Shown in pieces: positions 11,953 through 25,049 of a stretch of 64,000 bases of DNA. The notes beneath the pieces are model-generated. The model was not told the DNA's origin. It worked only from the letters and a program-made list of their open reading frames with translations, and made no database searches. The DNA is taken from NCBI GenBank assembly GCA_002269645.1, contig NIVC01003602.1:1-64000 (forward strand), given 5' to 3'. Position 1 is the first letter of the stretch; each line of letters begins with the position of its first letter. The translations under genes and the position numbers were made by a program. Origin of the DNA: Macrostomum lignano. Lineage: Eukaryota.

Positions 11953-13789
11953 CTGTTGATTGTTTCAGTTTGTTGTTATATTCTTCTTCTGTCTGATCTG
12001 TAGATTCACAAGCTCGAAACTTCCCCAGCTCGAAGCTTCCCAAGCTTAAAACTTCCCCCAGCTAAAAACTTTCTTAAGTATTTTTAAGCTGCATAGACGC
12101 TTGGTGGCGTTCTAACTTTTGTGATTGTGTAAACGTTTAAAACACGCAAAGCTTAGTTATGTACTTCTATTTCAGCAAAAGTCCTTGGCAATGGCATTGA
12201 CAGAATAGCCATGTAGCTAGTAGTATTCTTCTTAGTATAAAACGTGTCTCATACGGACTCAGGGCAATCATGCAAGTACCGCTTGTAATAGCGGATACGA
12301 AAGTTACTTGTACTTGTATTTGAGCCTCGAAAATTATTACACGGAGGTCTTGCCGAACCATTTAATCTTTAATGAGTACTTCAGCTCCACTTTGTAATGA
12401 GTATTTCTATATGATATGCGAATTATCTTTCTATAGCTAGCTACAGTCTAGGAACAAAATTTTCAGGGAATTCAGCAATGGTAATAATCAGAAATAATTT
12501 TCTTTAGCGATTAACAATTGGCTTAACCGTGTTAAAGGTGTTCGTCCGTTAAAGCATAAATTTCCCTTGTATATTCGTTAGCTAAAGAAGAAAATTTTGA
12601 ACGTTAAACTTAAGCGAAGATATAATAAATAAACAATGCGGTAAAGTGAGAACTCTGGAGTCAACAAGTTATTTCATCGGTGGTTTAAATTTTCAACCTC
12701 TAGTGTACATTAGGCTCCCTTCCCTTCCTGCTCGCATGTACATACCCTAGCCCAGCCCGCCTACTGAGGGGTGTGGCTGGCTGGGCTAACCATGCGAAGG
12801 CAGATCATTTTATCGATCGATCTTCTGACCCTTCTGACTGCACATTGGATCTTATCTCGTTCTCATAAGTACATACATGTTGACTTGTAGTGTGACTTGT
12901 CTTATATCTGAGGTCAAGGTCAGATTCCGCATGATCTGCTGGCTCCGTTTTCGCTAAGTTTAATGATTCAAGATCAGTGTGAAGAAAGGTTTTTAAGTAT
13001 CTGACACTCTGATGACCGCTTGCATGCGAGACGATTCAAGCAAGTAAGTGCTAATCCCCGCCATCTCATAACTGGTTTGCGGGCCCAACTAACATTCACT
13101 CAAATCCATAAGAGGAGTAAGAGGAGAACTCAAGAGATCCCATCTTTAGACTAGGCTAATTGAGTAAAAAGGGAAGCAGAGTTCACGCACAGCGGCGGCG
13201 GCAGAGGCAGACTCCTTCATTGCCCAGCGTGAAGTAGTTTTAAGCCACTCAAATCCGTGTTGGAATCCGTTCCAGCCCCTCCATCTCTCTGCTGCACATA
13301 GTTTTTTGCGGCTTGTGCGCTGAGGGCTCTCTTTCCTTTAGGAAGCATCGTTCCCTCTGTAGAGCAATGGAGATCGATGACTGGACTCTAGGGCTATCCT
13401 CCCAGCAGACTGGGCGGAGGGAGCGTGTAGGATGAGAAGGCGGATGAGAGTTCGCCAGTATACACGCCACACGCGGATAAGAATAGATCTCCTGAGCATA
13501 ACACGATTCGCATTTCGTTCCTTCTTTTCTGGTGGCGGGTTTGTGCGGGCAGTTCGCAGTGAAAGCAGCAAGAGGAAATTTCTTCCTGTTGTAAGATTGT
13601 TCCACGGTGAAAAGGAAAGCCGGGACCAGTTGGGCATCACTTGAAATCGATCTAGCTGCTAACCAAGAGGCAGATAGGGAGGGGCTTGTGCAGAGATTTA
13701 CAATAATTGCAATCTTTTGCTTCCCTCCAAGCAGATTTGATTTGCTTCTAGGGAAGAGGATTGGCTAACTCTGCCGAGAGCTTTCACAA

Positions 13790-14765
13790 GCCCGAAACTT
13801 TAAAACCCCGAAACTTCTCCAGCCCGAAACTTCACCAACCTGAAACTTCACCAACCCGAAGCTTCTCGAACCCGAAGCTTCTCCAACCCGAAACTTCACC
13901 AACCCGAAACTTCACCAACCTGAAACTTCACCAAACTGATTCTTCACCAACCTGAAACTTCACCAAACTGAAATTTCACCAACCCGAAGCTTCTCCAACC
14001 CGAAGCTTCACCAACCTGAAACTTCACCAACCCGAAGCATCATCAACCCGAAGCTTCACCAACCAACCCGAAGCTTCACCAACCAACCCGAAGCATCATC
14101 AACCCGAAGCTTCACCAACCCGAAGCTTCTCCAATCCGAAGCTTCACCAACCCGAAACTTCTTCAACCCGAAGCTTCACCAACCCGAAGCTTCTCCAACC
14201 CGAAGCTTCACCAACCTGAAACTTCACCAACACGAAACTTCACCAACCCGAAACTTCACCAACCCGAAGCTTCACCAACCCGAAACTTCACCAAACTGAA
14301 AATTCACCAACCCGAAGCTTCACCAACCCGAAAATTCACCAACCTGAAGCTTCACCAACCCGAAGCTTCACCAACCAACCCGAAGCTTCACCAACCAACC
14401 CGAAGCATCATCAACCCGAAGCTTCACCAACCCGAAGCTTCTCCAACCCGAAGCTTCACCAACCTGAAACTTCACCAACACGAAACTTCACCAACCCGAA
14501 ACTTCACCAACCCGAAGCTTCTCCAATCCGAAGCTTTTCCAACCCGAAACTTCACTAAACCTGAAACTTCACCAACCCGAAGCTTCACCAACCCGAAACT
14601 TCACCAAACTGAAAATTCACCAACCCGAAGCTTCACCAACCCGAAACTTCACCAAACTGAAAATTCACCAACCCGAAGCTTCACCTACCAGAAGATTCAG
14701 AAATTCTCGACTTCAGCAGCCCGAAACTTCACCAACCCGAAGCTTCACCAACCGGAAGCTTCGCC
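13790..14765. repeat. 16-bp minisatellite (AACCCGAAGCTTCACC)n
   Basis: Tandem copies with A/G variants inside the 10.3-kb mGluR intron 1. Confidence 0.95.
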
Positions 14766-15926
14766 CGCCCCGTGGGCTTGAAAAACAAAATAGTTTCACG
14801 AAACCAGACCTTGACGATTTCCTAAATCCTATTTAGCCTTCCCTTCTCAGTTTTCATTAATTGGACAATTTTCTTTTTTCATAGCTGAGTACCTAATTAA
14901 AGACGAACAGTCTCATTAGTCGTCTTCCCAAATGATCTTCATCAGGCCTCGGGCTGTCTGCTCAGTAAAAGAGGGGCCAATCTGCACAATCTTGATCTGC
15001 AATAAAAGCCAGACTTAAAGAAGATAACAAGCAATTTCGGGTGTTTTTTAGCCAGAAAAGAATCCAGATGAGGGTAGAGAGAGACTGATTGATAGAAAAT
15101 TGAGCTCAAGGGAAGACAGTGAAAGATTGGGAGACTGTGACTAGAGGCGATTTTTCAAATCCTGCAGCAATGCCCGTCTAATAGATAAGAGCAGGGCACA
15201 ATACTCTAAGCCTTACGAGCGTATTATTGCAGTCGCTATTTAATCGCATATACGAGTACAAAGGTGAAGGCCTAAGACTAAGCTGTTTTCTTCCCTTCAA
15301 ATTTAAGCCAATTCGTTTTGTACTTAGCGTGACTGAATTCGAAAATGTTTATTTCGAATCATAACTGTATGAATTGAGCCTGAATCTACACAATGATTCT
15401 ATCTGAACTGTATCAAATTCGTGTCATTAGATTTTAGCCTTTAGCCTCTCTTTTCATCGAGAGTTCACTATATGATTTCAAGCGCCTCAGAGGAGCACAT
15501 AATAGCTATGAGCAACTACAGCAGAAGGGACCCTACACAAGCAAATCGTGCCAATTTCTCCGGTTTTCGCTGAAAAATTCTTTAGCGATATTGCAGGAAG
15601 CTTTCAGCTTCTAATCACTGAATTCATAATTGCTCACCTTGATTTTCGAATTGCAAATATAGCAACTATGTGTTTTCGTTCGAGGTGCACTAACATCATA
15701 TTTGCTTCATTTGGAATTCGGGAGTTCAAAAGGTGAGAACTATTATCAATTTAGTGCCGAAGAACTAAAAACTTCCCCCATCTCGCTGATGCTGGAAAAC
15801 CAGCAAAATTGGCACAATTTGTGAGTGTATAGTATGCGTCCTTCTAGCTTTAGTTGTTCATGGGAATAGAGGCTTGAGCACAACCGTGCAACCTTGACAA
15901 CTCGACTAATAAACAAGCTTATTGCG

Positions 15927-17112
15927 TGTCACGACTTTCTTATATCTTTACATGGCGCCGAGCAGGGACTGAATAAATCTGCCAAATTAGTGGGGGGGGG
16001 GCTTGAGTGCAAGATAAGAAAAGGAGGGGTGGAGTGCGCGACTGAGGCAATAAGCAAGATTGAAGAGCCAATCAGAAGGCCGACAGGGAGAGAGATAAGA
16101 ATAACAAAAAACTGGACAGAGGGAGAGAAAACAGAGTAAACAGAGACAAGTGCAGATGAACTAAGAAATGAATAAGAAATTCGTGGCAAGTGTAAACAAA
16201 GACAAGTGCAGATGAACTAAGAAATGAATAAGAAAGTCGTGGCAAGTGTAAACAAAGACAAGTGCAGATGAACTAAGAAATGAATAAGAAAGTCGTGGCA
16301 AGTGTAAACAAAGACAAGTGCAGATGAACTAAGAAATGTATAAGAAAGTCGTGGCAAGTGTAAACAAAGACAAGTGCAGATGAACTAAGAAATGAATAAG
16401 AAATTCGTGGCAAGTGTAAACAAAGACAAGTGCAGATGAACTAAGAAATGAATAAGAAAGTCGTGGCAAGTGTAAACAAAGACAAGTGCAGATGAACTAA
16501 GAAATGAATAAGAAAGTCGTGGCAAGTGTAAACAAAGACAAGTGCAGATGAACTAAGAAATGAATAAGAAAGTCGTGGCAAGTGTAAACAAAGACAAGTG
16601 CAGATGAACTAAGAAATGAATAAGAAAGTCGTGGCAAGTGTAAACTGTAAACAGAGACGAGTGCAGATGAACTAAGAAATGAATAAGAAATTCGTGGCAA
16701 GTGTAAACAAAGACAAGTGCAGATGAACTAAGAAATGAATAAGAAAGTCGTGGCAAGTGTAAACAAAGACAAGTGCAGATGAACTAAGAAATGAATAAGA
16801 AAGTCGTGGCAAGTGTAAACAAAGACAAGTGCAGATGAACTAAGAAATGAATAAGAAAGTCGTGGCAAGTGTAAACAAAGACAAGTGCAGATGAACTAAG
16901 AAATGAATAAGAAAGTCGTGGCAAGTGTAAACTGTAAACAGAGACGAGTGCAGATGAACTAAGAAATGAATAAGAAAGTCGCGGCAAGTGTAAACTGTAA
17001 ACAGAGACAAGTGCAGATGAACTAAGAAATGAATAAGAAAGTCGCGGCAAGTGTAAACTGTAAACAGAGACAAGTGCAGATGAACTAAGAAATGAATAAG
17101 AAAGTCGCGACA
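15927..17112 (+). mobile_element. TG..CA element with a 5-bp TSD, 17-bp terminal inverted repeats, internal PBS and a 56-bp tandem array (LTR/Ginger-like, non-autonomous)
   Basis: TSD TTGCG at 15922-15926 and 17113-17117. Ends TGTCACGACTTTCTTAT and ATAAGAAAGTCGCGACA. PBS-like TGGCGCCGAGCAGGGACT at 15953-15970 directly follows ...TTTACA; purine tract at 16011-16029. Confidence 0.7.
16170..17112. repeat. 56-bp (64-bp variant) minisatellite GGCAAGTGTAAACAAAGACAAGTGCAGATGAACTAAGAAATGAATAAGAAAGTCGT
   Basis: Tandem copies; each unit contains a variant of the element's right terminal repeat. Confidence 0.95.
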
Positions 17113-17504
17113 TTGCGAGCGAGCTTAAAATTTTACAACAAAAAGTTTAAAAGAAAAGTAAAGAAAAGATCTTCGTGTAATCTATCAAGCGAAATATGCT
17201 TTCTTTAAGCTAAAAATTTTCTGGAGGAACGGAAAGCGAAGAAGAGAGGCGACACCCTATCCGTCATATCCATCCGTGTTTCTTATGGCCACTTCTTACA
17301 AAATAACAGCACTTTTTCGATTTTGAACAATCGAATGCATAATTTTCAAGTCGAATTCGTTCTAAAAATGTTTATGCTTCCATTCATTGCCGAGACATTG
17401 ACAACAAAAAATTTAGACGTGTTTTTTCATGTTTCATCTTACTTTTTCTACTCCATCAAACTCAGGTATGCACTTATTGGGGTCTTTGGTGAATTATTGG
17501 AGAG

Positions 17505-18185
17505 TGATCAGAGTGGCCGGAGTGTCCATAGATTGATCAGAGAGTGACCGGAGTGTCCAGAGATTGATCAGAGAGTGACCGGAGTGTCCATAGATTGATC
17601 AGAGAGTGGCCGGAGTGTCCATAGATTGATCAGAGAGTGGCCGGAGTGTCCAGAGATTGATCAGAGAGTGACCGGAGTGTCCATAGATTGATCAGAGAGT
17701 GGCCGGAGTGTCCATAGATTGATCAGAGAGTGGCCGGAGTGTCTAGAGATTGATCAGAGTGGCCGGATTGTCCATAGATTGATCAGAGTGGCCGGAGTGT
17801 CCATAGATTGATCAGAGAGTGACCGGAGTGTCCAGAGATTGATCAGAGAGTGACCGGAGTGTCCAGAGATTGATCAGAGTGACCGGAGTGTCCAGAGATT
17901 GATCAGAGTGGCCGGATTGTCCATAGATTGATCAGAGTGGCCGGAGTGTCCATAGATTGATCAGAGAGTGACCGGAGTGTCCAGAGATTGATCAGAGAGT
18001 GACCGGAGTGTCCAGAGATTGATCAGAGTGACCGGAGTGTCCAGAGATTGATCAGAGTGACCGGAGTGTCCAGAGATTGATCAGAGTGGCCGGAGTGTCC
18101 AGAGATTGATCGGAGAGTGGCCGGAGTGTCCAGAGATTGATCGGAGAGTGGCCGGAGTGTCCAGAGATTGATCGGAGAGTGATCA
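17505..18185. repeat. 29-31-bp minisatellite (GATCAGAGAGTGGCCGGAGTGTCCATAGATT)n
   Basis: Tandem copies with an AG indel variant. Confidence 0.93.
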
Positions 18186-20149
18186 AGGACAAATCAGAGA
18201 GTGATTGAAGAGTGATCAGATCAAGAGATCGCAGATAAGGTGAGGAATAAAGATCAACGAGAGGAAGAGATCTATAGGGATTAATATGGAGATAGAAATG
18301 AGAGGCATTGCAGAGTTCCAATGTCCTTTAAGATGCAGATTCTACCCACCGCTAACTAACTTAAATAGAATTTCACGCAACCTTGTCGCAAAATATTAAA
18401 TCTAAAAGGTTAACCAGCAAACTGATGAATGCGGTATACGAAATGATTTAGCTAGTCTGCGAATTGGCAAATCTACTGCAGTCCTTTTCTTATAGCTGAT
18501 CGAATTATGCATGGGCCAAGTGGAGAGACAGAAGACAGTTCAGCTCTGCAGAGCGTGGCAAAAAAGATTTGAGGCGGGTATATAGTCAAGTCCAGGCCTT
18601 TGGGCGAAGGGCGGATCCCGCACAGACACTGCCGCCACCCACCTACCCACCCTACCCACAAAACTGTCACGATTGAGGGCAGGCGATTCGGCGGGGAATA
18701 GAATTCAAATCATTGGGAAACGCTTGAATTGCTGCCTGATGACTGCTCTCGGAGCCTGGAGTTTCTCTAGCGCGCAAGCCTTGTCTGTGTCTCTCAGCCA
18801 AGGACTACTACACGGAACTAAGATGGACGAGAAACTTTCTTTCTTGGAAAGTGTAAGATTGTTTGACTGGAGTGTTTATATTCTGATATTTCGTGTTTTG
18901 TTTGTAAGTTTCATTTTTTTGAAGATCAAGTGTGAGACTGTTGAATCGCGAGTCTTTACGGCTGTGTCTTGATTGATATGGTTTTGACAAGCAAAGAAAA
19001 ATGATAATGTTTCATGCCCTCAGAAGTGCTAGGCTTAATAGCTTATATATGAGATATAGTATGTCTCACACGAGTACAATCAACTTCTGGGGAAGCGCAC
19101 AACAAAAAGTTTTACGTTTTCAAAAATTAAAACTCCAGGAAACCGAGTGTACATCGACCATCTAGCTGTCCTTATTCTAAACGTGTTCGTCTTCAAACCC
19201 TTCTCGTGGTTTTATTTTCGTCCTTTTTTAAAGTAGAAAAGAGAAACGAAAGAAGAAGACGAAGAGAGTAAGCAAGCTTTGCTTCACTGCCCCTTGGAAA
19301 CAGGAGAGGCATGAAGCTGGGATGGGAGTGCATGAGTGGCTGAGCGAGATCTGCCCTTGGTTGTCATTCTGAACTCCGAGGACCAACTTTCTGTTGTCTC
19401 AATCTATTTTTCTTGGGGCCCTGAGAGTCCCAGGGCATAGCTATAATAGTGCGGCTAATTCCTTCAAAGCCCTTAGTTAAATGTTTTGCTTCTGCTAATA
19501 TTATATTTTACGTCAGAGGTCAATACATGACTCGCTAAGTGGGCCGACCGTGATTCGGGTCGATTGTCATTTGCTAGATTTCCTAGAAACCATATACTGA
19601 GCCGCTACAGGACAGGGACTGGGGAGTAGTATTAGAAGATATGAGTATGTAGTTAAGAGGCAAAGGTGACACTGGTTTCTATATACATGTAACAGAAGCG
19701 TTTGAGCAGTCGCTAAACCCCGGGCTTAATGGTTTTGCCTCCCCCCCTCTACTGAGCCACGCCTTGACTACCTACTTCTACTACTGCCATCGTTACGCGC
19801 GCGCCACTTCTGCGAAAAAAAACGATGAGTACAGACAGAAGGGGGAGTCCCTGCAGTGAGAAGCGGCAGATCAATTTTCAATCGATCCCAACTGCAGCTT
19901 TTTTCGTTTAGTTCGTTCGGTCTCTCTCTCTCTCTCTCTCTCTCGCTTCTCTTGCTCGTCCCATTGGCTTCATTTTCCACATTTACTCCATGCATTGCTC
20001 ATCTCTCACGCTGCACTTTCGTGGCACGTTCGTGCGACTTGATGTGATGGAATTGGCGACACATTTTTATGCTGGATAAAATTTACGAGCGTAGTACTGC
20101 ACGCACATGCAATACCGAGTTTTTGATTTCTCTGATTCGATGCTTCAGA

Positions 20150-20665
20150 CCTTTCAGTCCCTTCAGTCCCTTCAGTCCCTTCAGTCCCTTCAGTCCCTTC
20201 AGTCCCTTCAGTCCCTTCAGTCCCTTCAGTCCCTTCAGTCCCTTCAGTCCCTTCAGTCCCTTCAGTCCCTTCAGTCCCTTCAGTCCCTTCAGTCCCTTCA
20301 GTCCCTTCAGTCCCTTCAGTCCCTTCAGTCCCTTCAGTCCATTCAGTCCCTTCAGTCCCTTCAGTCCATTCATTACCTTCAGATCATTCAGTCCCTTCAT
20401 TACCTTCAGACCCTTCAGTCCTTTCAGTCCCTTAAGCCCCTCCAGTCCCTTCATTACCTTCAGACCATTCAGTCCCTTCATTACCTTCAGACCATTCAGT
20501 CCCTTCATTACCCTCAGACCCTTCAGTCCCTTCAGTTCCTTCAGTCCCTTTATTACCTTCAGACCCTTCAGTCCTTTCAGTCCCTTATGCCCCTCCAATC
20601 CCTCCAGTCCCTTTAGAACCTCCAGTCCATTTAGTCTCTCCAGTCCCTTCAGTCCCTTTAGTCCG
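20150..20665. repeat. 9-bp repeat (CAGTCCCTT)n degrading into 18/27-bp higher-order variants
   Basis: Perfect array on the left and diverged copies on the right; source of spurious GLK/SPF/LQS ORFs. Confidence 0.95.
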
Positions 20666-22250
20666 TAGTGTTTTTATTGAATTCTTTCAGCCCTTTATTC
20701 CGCCCACTCTGTCCCTTAATTTGCTGGCATCAGCAGTTTAAAAGTTCATTCATTCAACAAAAAGTATGAAAATTAAGCCTAACCCCTTCCCTGGAGCCTC
20801 TCGCGTTGAAAAACAAGTTTCACAATTTAATCAAGTCGGAACTCACACCCGTCCCCTTACGCTAAACGGAAGTTCAATTTAGTGGATAGAAAGTATTTTC
20901 CCCTTCTCTCAGATACAGGAGCAGTGCAAAAATTTGATTTGTCCCCGGCAAACTCAGTTAGCTCTGACTGTGCACTCACTGCACCGGGCAGTGTCCGTTA
21001 AGATTGAAATTTTTAGTGTCGGATACCCATCGACCGATGCTGCGCTCATTCATCCGGTGGAAGTAAAAACTTTAGTGAGACCTTGCATACATATAAATAT
21101 AAAGCCTTGGGTTGGGTTTAGCTAAGCTTAACTAAACAACGATGCGACGTATTGTGCGCGGCTTCCAACAAAACCTCATCAAGACTATGCGGTTTCAATA
21201 CCAGCTTCACCATAAGCTATTAACTCTTCTTCTCTCTCCATCAGCAAAATCATCAACTGTGTCTGTCTGTGGGCGCTTACTAAGGACATCTTCTATTGCA
21301 TCAAAGCGGCCTGCTCAACCATGGAATACTGCGGGACTCAGGGCCGCACAGTCAACCTTGGCCGGAAGGCAGACTCTCTCCGCTTGGTCCCCTCTCCTCT
21401 CTCTTAGTCTCTTTCTCTCCTCCAAAAAAGCTACTGGATGGGGGAGAATTCAAGGATTCAAGCAAGTGGGGAACGAGAGGAATTTGGACTGGTGAGGGAG
21501 CCACCTTTATTAAGAGGGGGGGGAGGTGAGGGGAGAAGTGTGCGGGTGTGGCTGGGGACCGGAGAAGCGGTATAGAAAAGGCCAGCTGAAGGGGTAAACT
21601 GTAGCTGAAGAGACTACCTGTGTGCGCGTGCGTGTGTGTGTGGGAGTTGTAGGAGGCAGAAAGGTTTTCTCCGCCAGGAGGGAAGGGGGCATGAACCGCC
21701 TCTGCTAGGAATAATTCATTTCTAGGCAAACGTGAGAAGTAGCTGCGAAATTATTAAAACCAAAAATGCAACGGCCACATCACTAGCTGCTGCGTAGGGG
21801 GCATGAAAGTGCGCCAACAGAAGTGCGACCACCATCGCCGCTATTCCATTTGTATCGGTATCGCATCTTTCCTTTCTCTTGTATCGGAGGGCGCGGGGTT
21901 TGACTCCATTTCATTGAGTTGGGGTGTGACACTTCTCCCTTGAGTAGGGGTGGGAAAACTCCGGCACGCTCAAGGTTTGTGTCCTCTCAGCTCTTTTCTT
22001 CCTCTCTCCTCTCATCTCTTCTCTTATCACATCACTCCTCTTATCTCCTCTCTCGCCTCTCTTCTTTCCTCTTTTCTCTGATTCTTGCAATTCTTGCTCA
22101 TGAAATACCAAGCCCAGAGCAAGTGCAAGTTACGAGCTACGAGTAGAAGTACGTGCATACATGATGGGCGTTCGGAAATATCTCTAAAATTGTCACCGAA
22201 TGCATAACACGATAGCAAACTAATCAAAAGAAATTCATGCAGTTTCTCAC

Positions 22251-23765
22251 CAACAAAGAAGTTGCTCTCATTGATGAGAATGTTGTAGAACTCCTTGCCG
22301 GGGAAATTGGTGATGTTTCTAACGCAGGAGATGAACAGGCCAGTGGCTTTCGTGTCTGCGTGCATCGGCTGTTCCTGGCACACCAGCCGCTTCACCTTTT
22401 CGAGACCGTGCGCAAAGGTGTATACAGCGTCGTAGACAAATTGCACTTTCGGTTCCTGCTTAAAATTGGCTATGTGCGACCATTCGCAGACCTTCTGGGT
22501 CGCATTGGCGTCGCTGGAGTTGCCACTACCGCCAGGGGAATTCTGGCACTCCAGTTTCAATTGTCGATACTCGTCGAAGAACGGATTGACGAAAGTTAAG
22601 CCGCTAATGCTTGTTGTTCTGACCGCGTCCTGTCGCAGACTTGTATAGTAGTTATTGAACCCCGGTATCTCGGCCGTGGCAATCTCCAGAGTCAGCGCGC
22701 CCTGAGCCTCGACCGTGTTGTTGGCTACTGGCACGTGACTCTTACCCCAGCCGTCCGCTGAGATCCACACGAAGTGGCTGGTAATATTGGCCCGTCTAAC
22801 CGCGTCAAGAAACTTCTCGGTGTGCTCCTCCCGGGTGAACATGACCACAACGCGAGCTCGCTTCTGGCTGTAGAGTTTCTCCACGATGCCGTCAAGCTCC
22901 TCCTTGCCGGGCTCCAGACTGATGAACAGCCGTTCGGCGATGCAGACGTTCAGCTTTTCAATCTCGGCCTCGAAGCTTTGAATGCCGCCTTCGCCGTAGT
23001 CGCCTTTACTGAATACTGTCGCCACAAAGGTCCAGTTGAAGTAGCCAACAATGTCAGCCAGAGCCTTGGCCTGCTCGGTGTCTGGCGGCAGAGTCCGGGC
23101 AAAATATTCGTAGCGAGCTTTGTCGCTAAGCCAAGCCGAGGTGGACGCGTAGCTAATCTGCGGTATGGCGAATAGCCTCAACAGGTTGGCCACCTGGGCG
23201 CTCACCTGGCTGTAGGCGCCGCCCACTACGCCACGGATTGGTTTCTTGGAATGGCGCCGATACTTAGATCGAATAGCGGGCAGCCGAGTGCCGTTGGGAT
23301 ACTCGCACACGAATCCGCCGTCCAGCTCGTGCGTGAGTGAGTTCTTCACAAATTCTAGAGCCTTCTCGAGTGCCACTGTGTCCTTGGAGCAGGTGTCAAA
23401 CAGTAGAGCGCCCAGCCCGATCTTATGCCGACCGTACTGCAGTATCTCCGGATTTGTGTTAATCTCTTGCAGAGTGAAGATCATCGCCTCCATGCGCTGG
23501 ATGCCCCGGTGGCTGTCCAACCGGCCGCACTTACTGTCCCCGGTCTCCGAGCTGCTGTGGATTGGGAACAGGCCGCCCAGCTGGATGTCCCCGTCGATCA
23601 GCACCTTGTTCTTGTCGTTGGCGGTAGATGAGTCGGCGGCGACGGCGCGGCTGGTGGCGGTACCGATTGAACACGTTGTAGCAGCAAAAGCAGCAGAAAC
23701 AGTTTCAAAAGTTGTTTCGTCAGTAGGTTGGACTCAGTTAGAGCAGAAACTGCTCTTTGTCGCAT
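22251..23765 (-). CDS. mGluR: Metabotropic glutamate receptor, group II-like, exon 1: signal peptide and Venus flytrap domain; one-base frameshift near 23640-23660
   Basis: Motifs IDGDIQLGGLFPIH, RGIQRMEAM, DTCS, GGAYSQVSAQVANLLRLFAIPQISYASTS, GDYGE, ADGWG, EPKVQFV retain the canonical glutamate-contact residues. ATG at 23765 gives MRQRAVSALTESNLLTKQLLKLFLLLLLLQRVQS in an adjacent frame; donor G|GTGAGA at 22251. Confidence 0.95.
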
Positions 23766-25049
23766 ATCTTCGTTTTTTCTTCGGTTGTTTATCGCTGCTT
23801 TTCTGCTTCTTGATAATTTGGAAAGTGTGTTAGCAAAATAGAAGCAAATGACGAAGGGTGGGGCTCACACAAAGGCTTCTAAAGCCGGAAGCTGGATAGC
23901 TGATGATAAATCAGATCTCGAAATCAAAAGCAAGCGGGAGAATCTTTACCGGGACGATCAGGAAGGAATTTTATCTTCTTCAATTTCAATGTGACGAAGG
24001 GCTCTGCTGCAGATGACACATGAGACGGTCCAACAGCAAGAAGGCACGATGCCCACGCCTTTGCTTGCTCTCTCGGAGACGGGAAGGAAGCTGGCTTGGA
24101 CAGCAGGGGAGGGGAGGTGAGGAAGATAGAAGAAACGCCGCAAAATGTGTCTGTCACCCACCAGAGTTCTCGAGCTGAGTCTTCTGAATCCTTGAGTTGA
24201 CCCACCACCCAGAGAGCTGCTCAGGGATAAAAGCAGGAGAAAACAGCAGCAACAGCAGCAGCTTCATCCGTGCAAAGCAGCTGAAAGTGAGTCTTAATCC
24301 TCGCTTGTGATGACAGTTCGGTGTTTTTAGTAAGCTCTCCTGCGTGCTGTTTCTTACCGCTGGCCAGCCGGTTATTTGCCTGCCTCCCCTGAGGACAGCC
24401 GCCGTCCAATCCGCGGGCACGCAGGATGGAAGCAAAGGCGGGCAAAAGAAAGCAAAAGAAGCAAAATATGGGGCAAGCATCGGGGCAAAATTGTAGCGAG
24501 AAGACCCGAGAAAAGTAGCAATTTGTTCGTGAGACGGCTGATCGCCTCCTCATTTGCAGACTTGAGAAAATCCATCCAACGATGATGTTGCGTGTATCTT
24601 TTGAGCAGCATCGTGAATAACTTTGAATACAGGAAGACGGGCACGAACCTGTGTAGCGACTGGGGTTAAGTTTCTCTGATCCGACCGGCGAGTAGCTTTT
24701 TTATGCTTCAAAAGAGCTTTGGAACTATCGTGCCTCATCAGAGAGACTGGGAACTAAAGGCAGTTCATATCTACCTCGTCTGCTTTCAGACTGACTATAC
24801 TAATGCAGGAATAGAATGGATTGCTAATCTAGCCAATGCATGGTTGCAGGAATAGAATGGATTGCTAATCTAGTCAATACAGATTGATTGGTTTAATTAT
24901 TTTGATGTTTTAAAGCTACGTTTAGCGTCGTACACAGTTTAGCCAGTGCATTGTGGAAAAAATAAGTAGAACTTTGGTTGCAAGAGAAGACTAAACTAAA
25001 CCGCCGAGCTCACCCCAGGCTGATACTCTCCCATTCGCCGTTCATCGAC

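Noticed and set aside
12700-13705. Possible solo LTR or GIY-YIG fragment
   Set aside because: TG..CA ends lack a matching TSD and the translations show no convincing motif.
14765-14795. Helitron-like 3' hairpin (GCCC..GGGC) after the 16-bp array
   Set aside because: Short stem, no terminal CTRR at the expected distance and no 5' TC end identified.
20069-20668. Collagen-like GLK or SPF-repeat proteins
   Set aside because: Translations of a 9-bp tandem repeat that is open in several frames; no splice or domain support.
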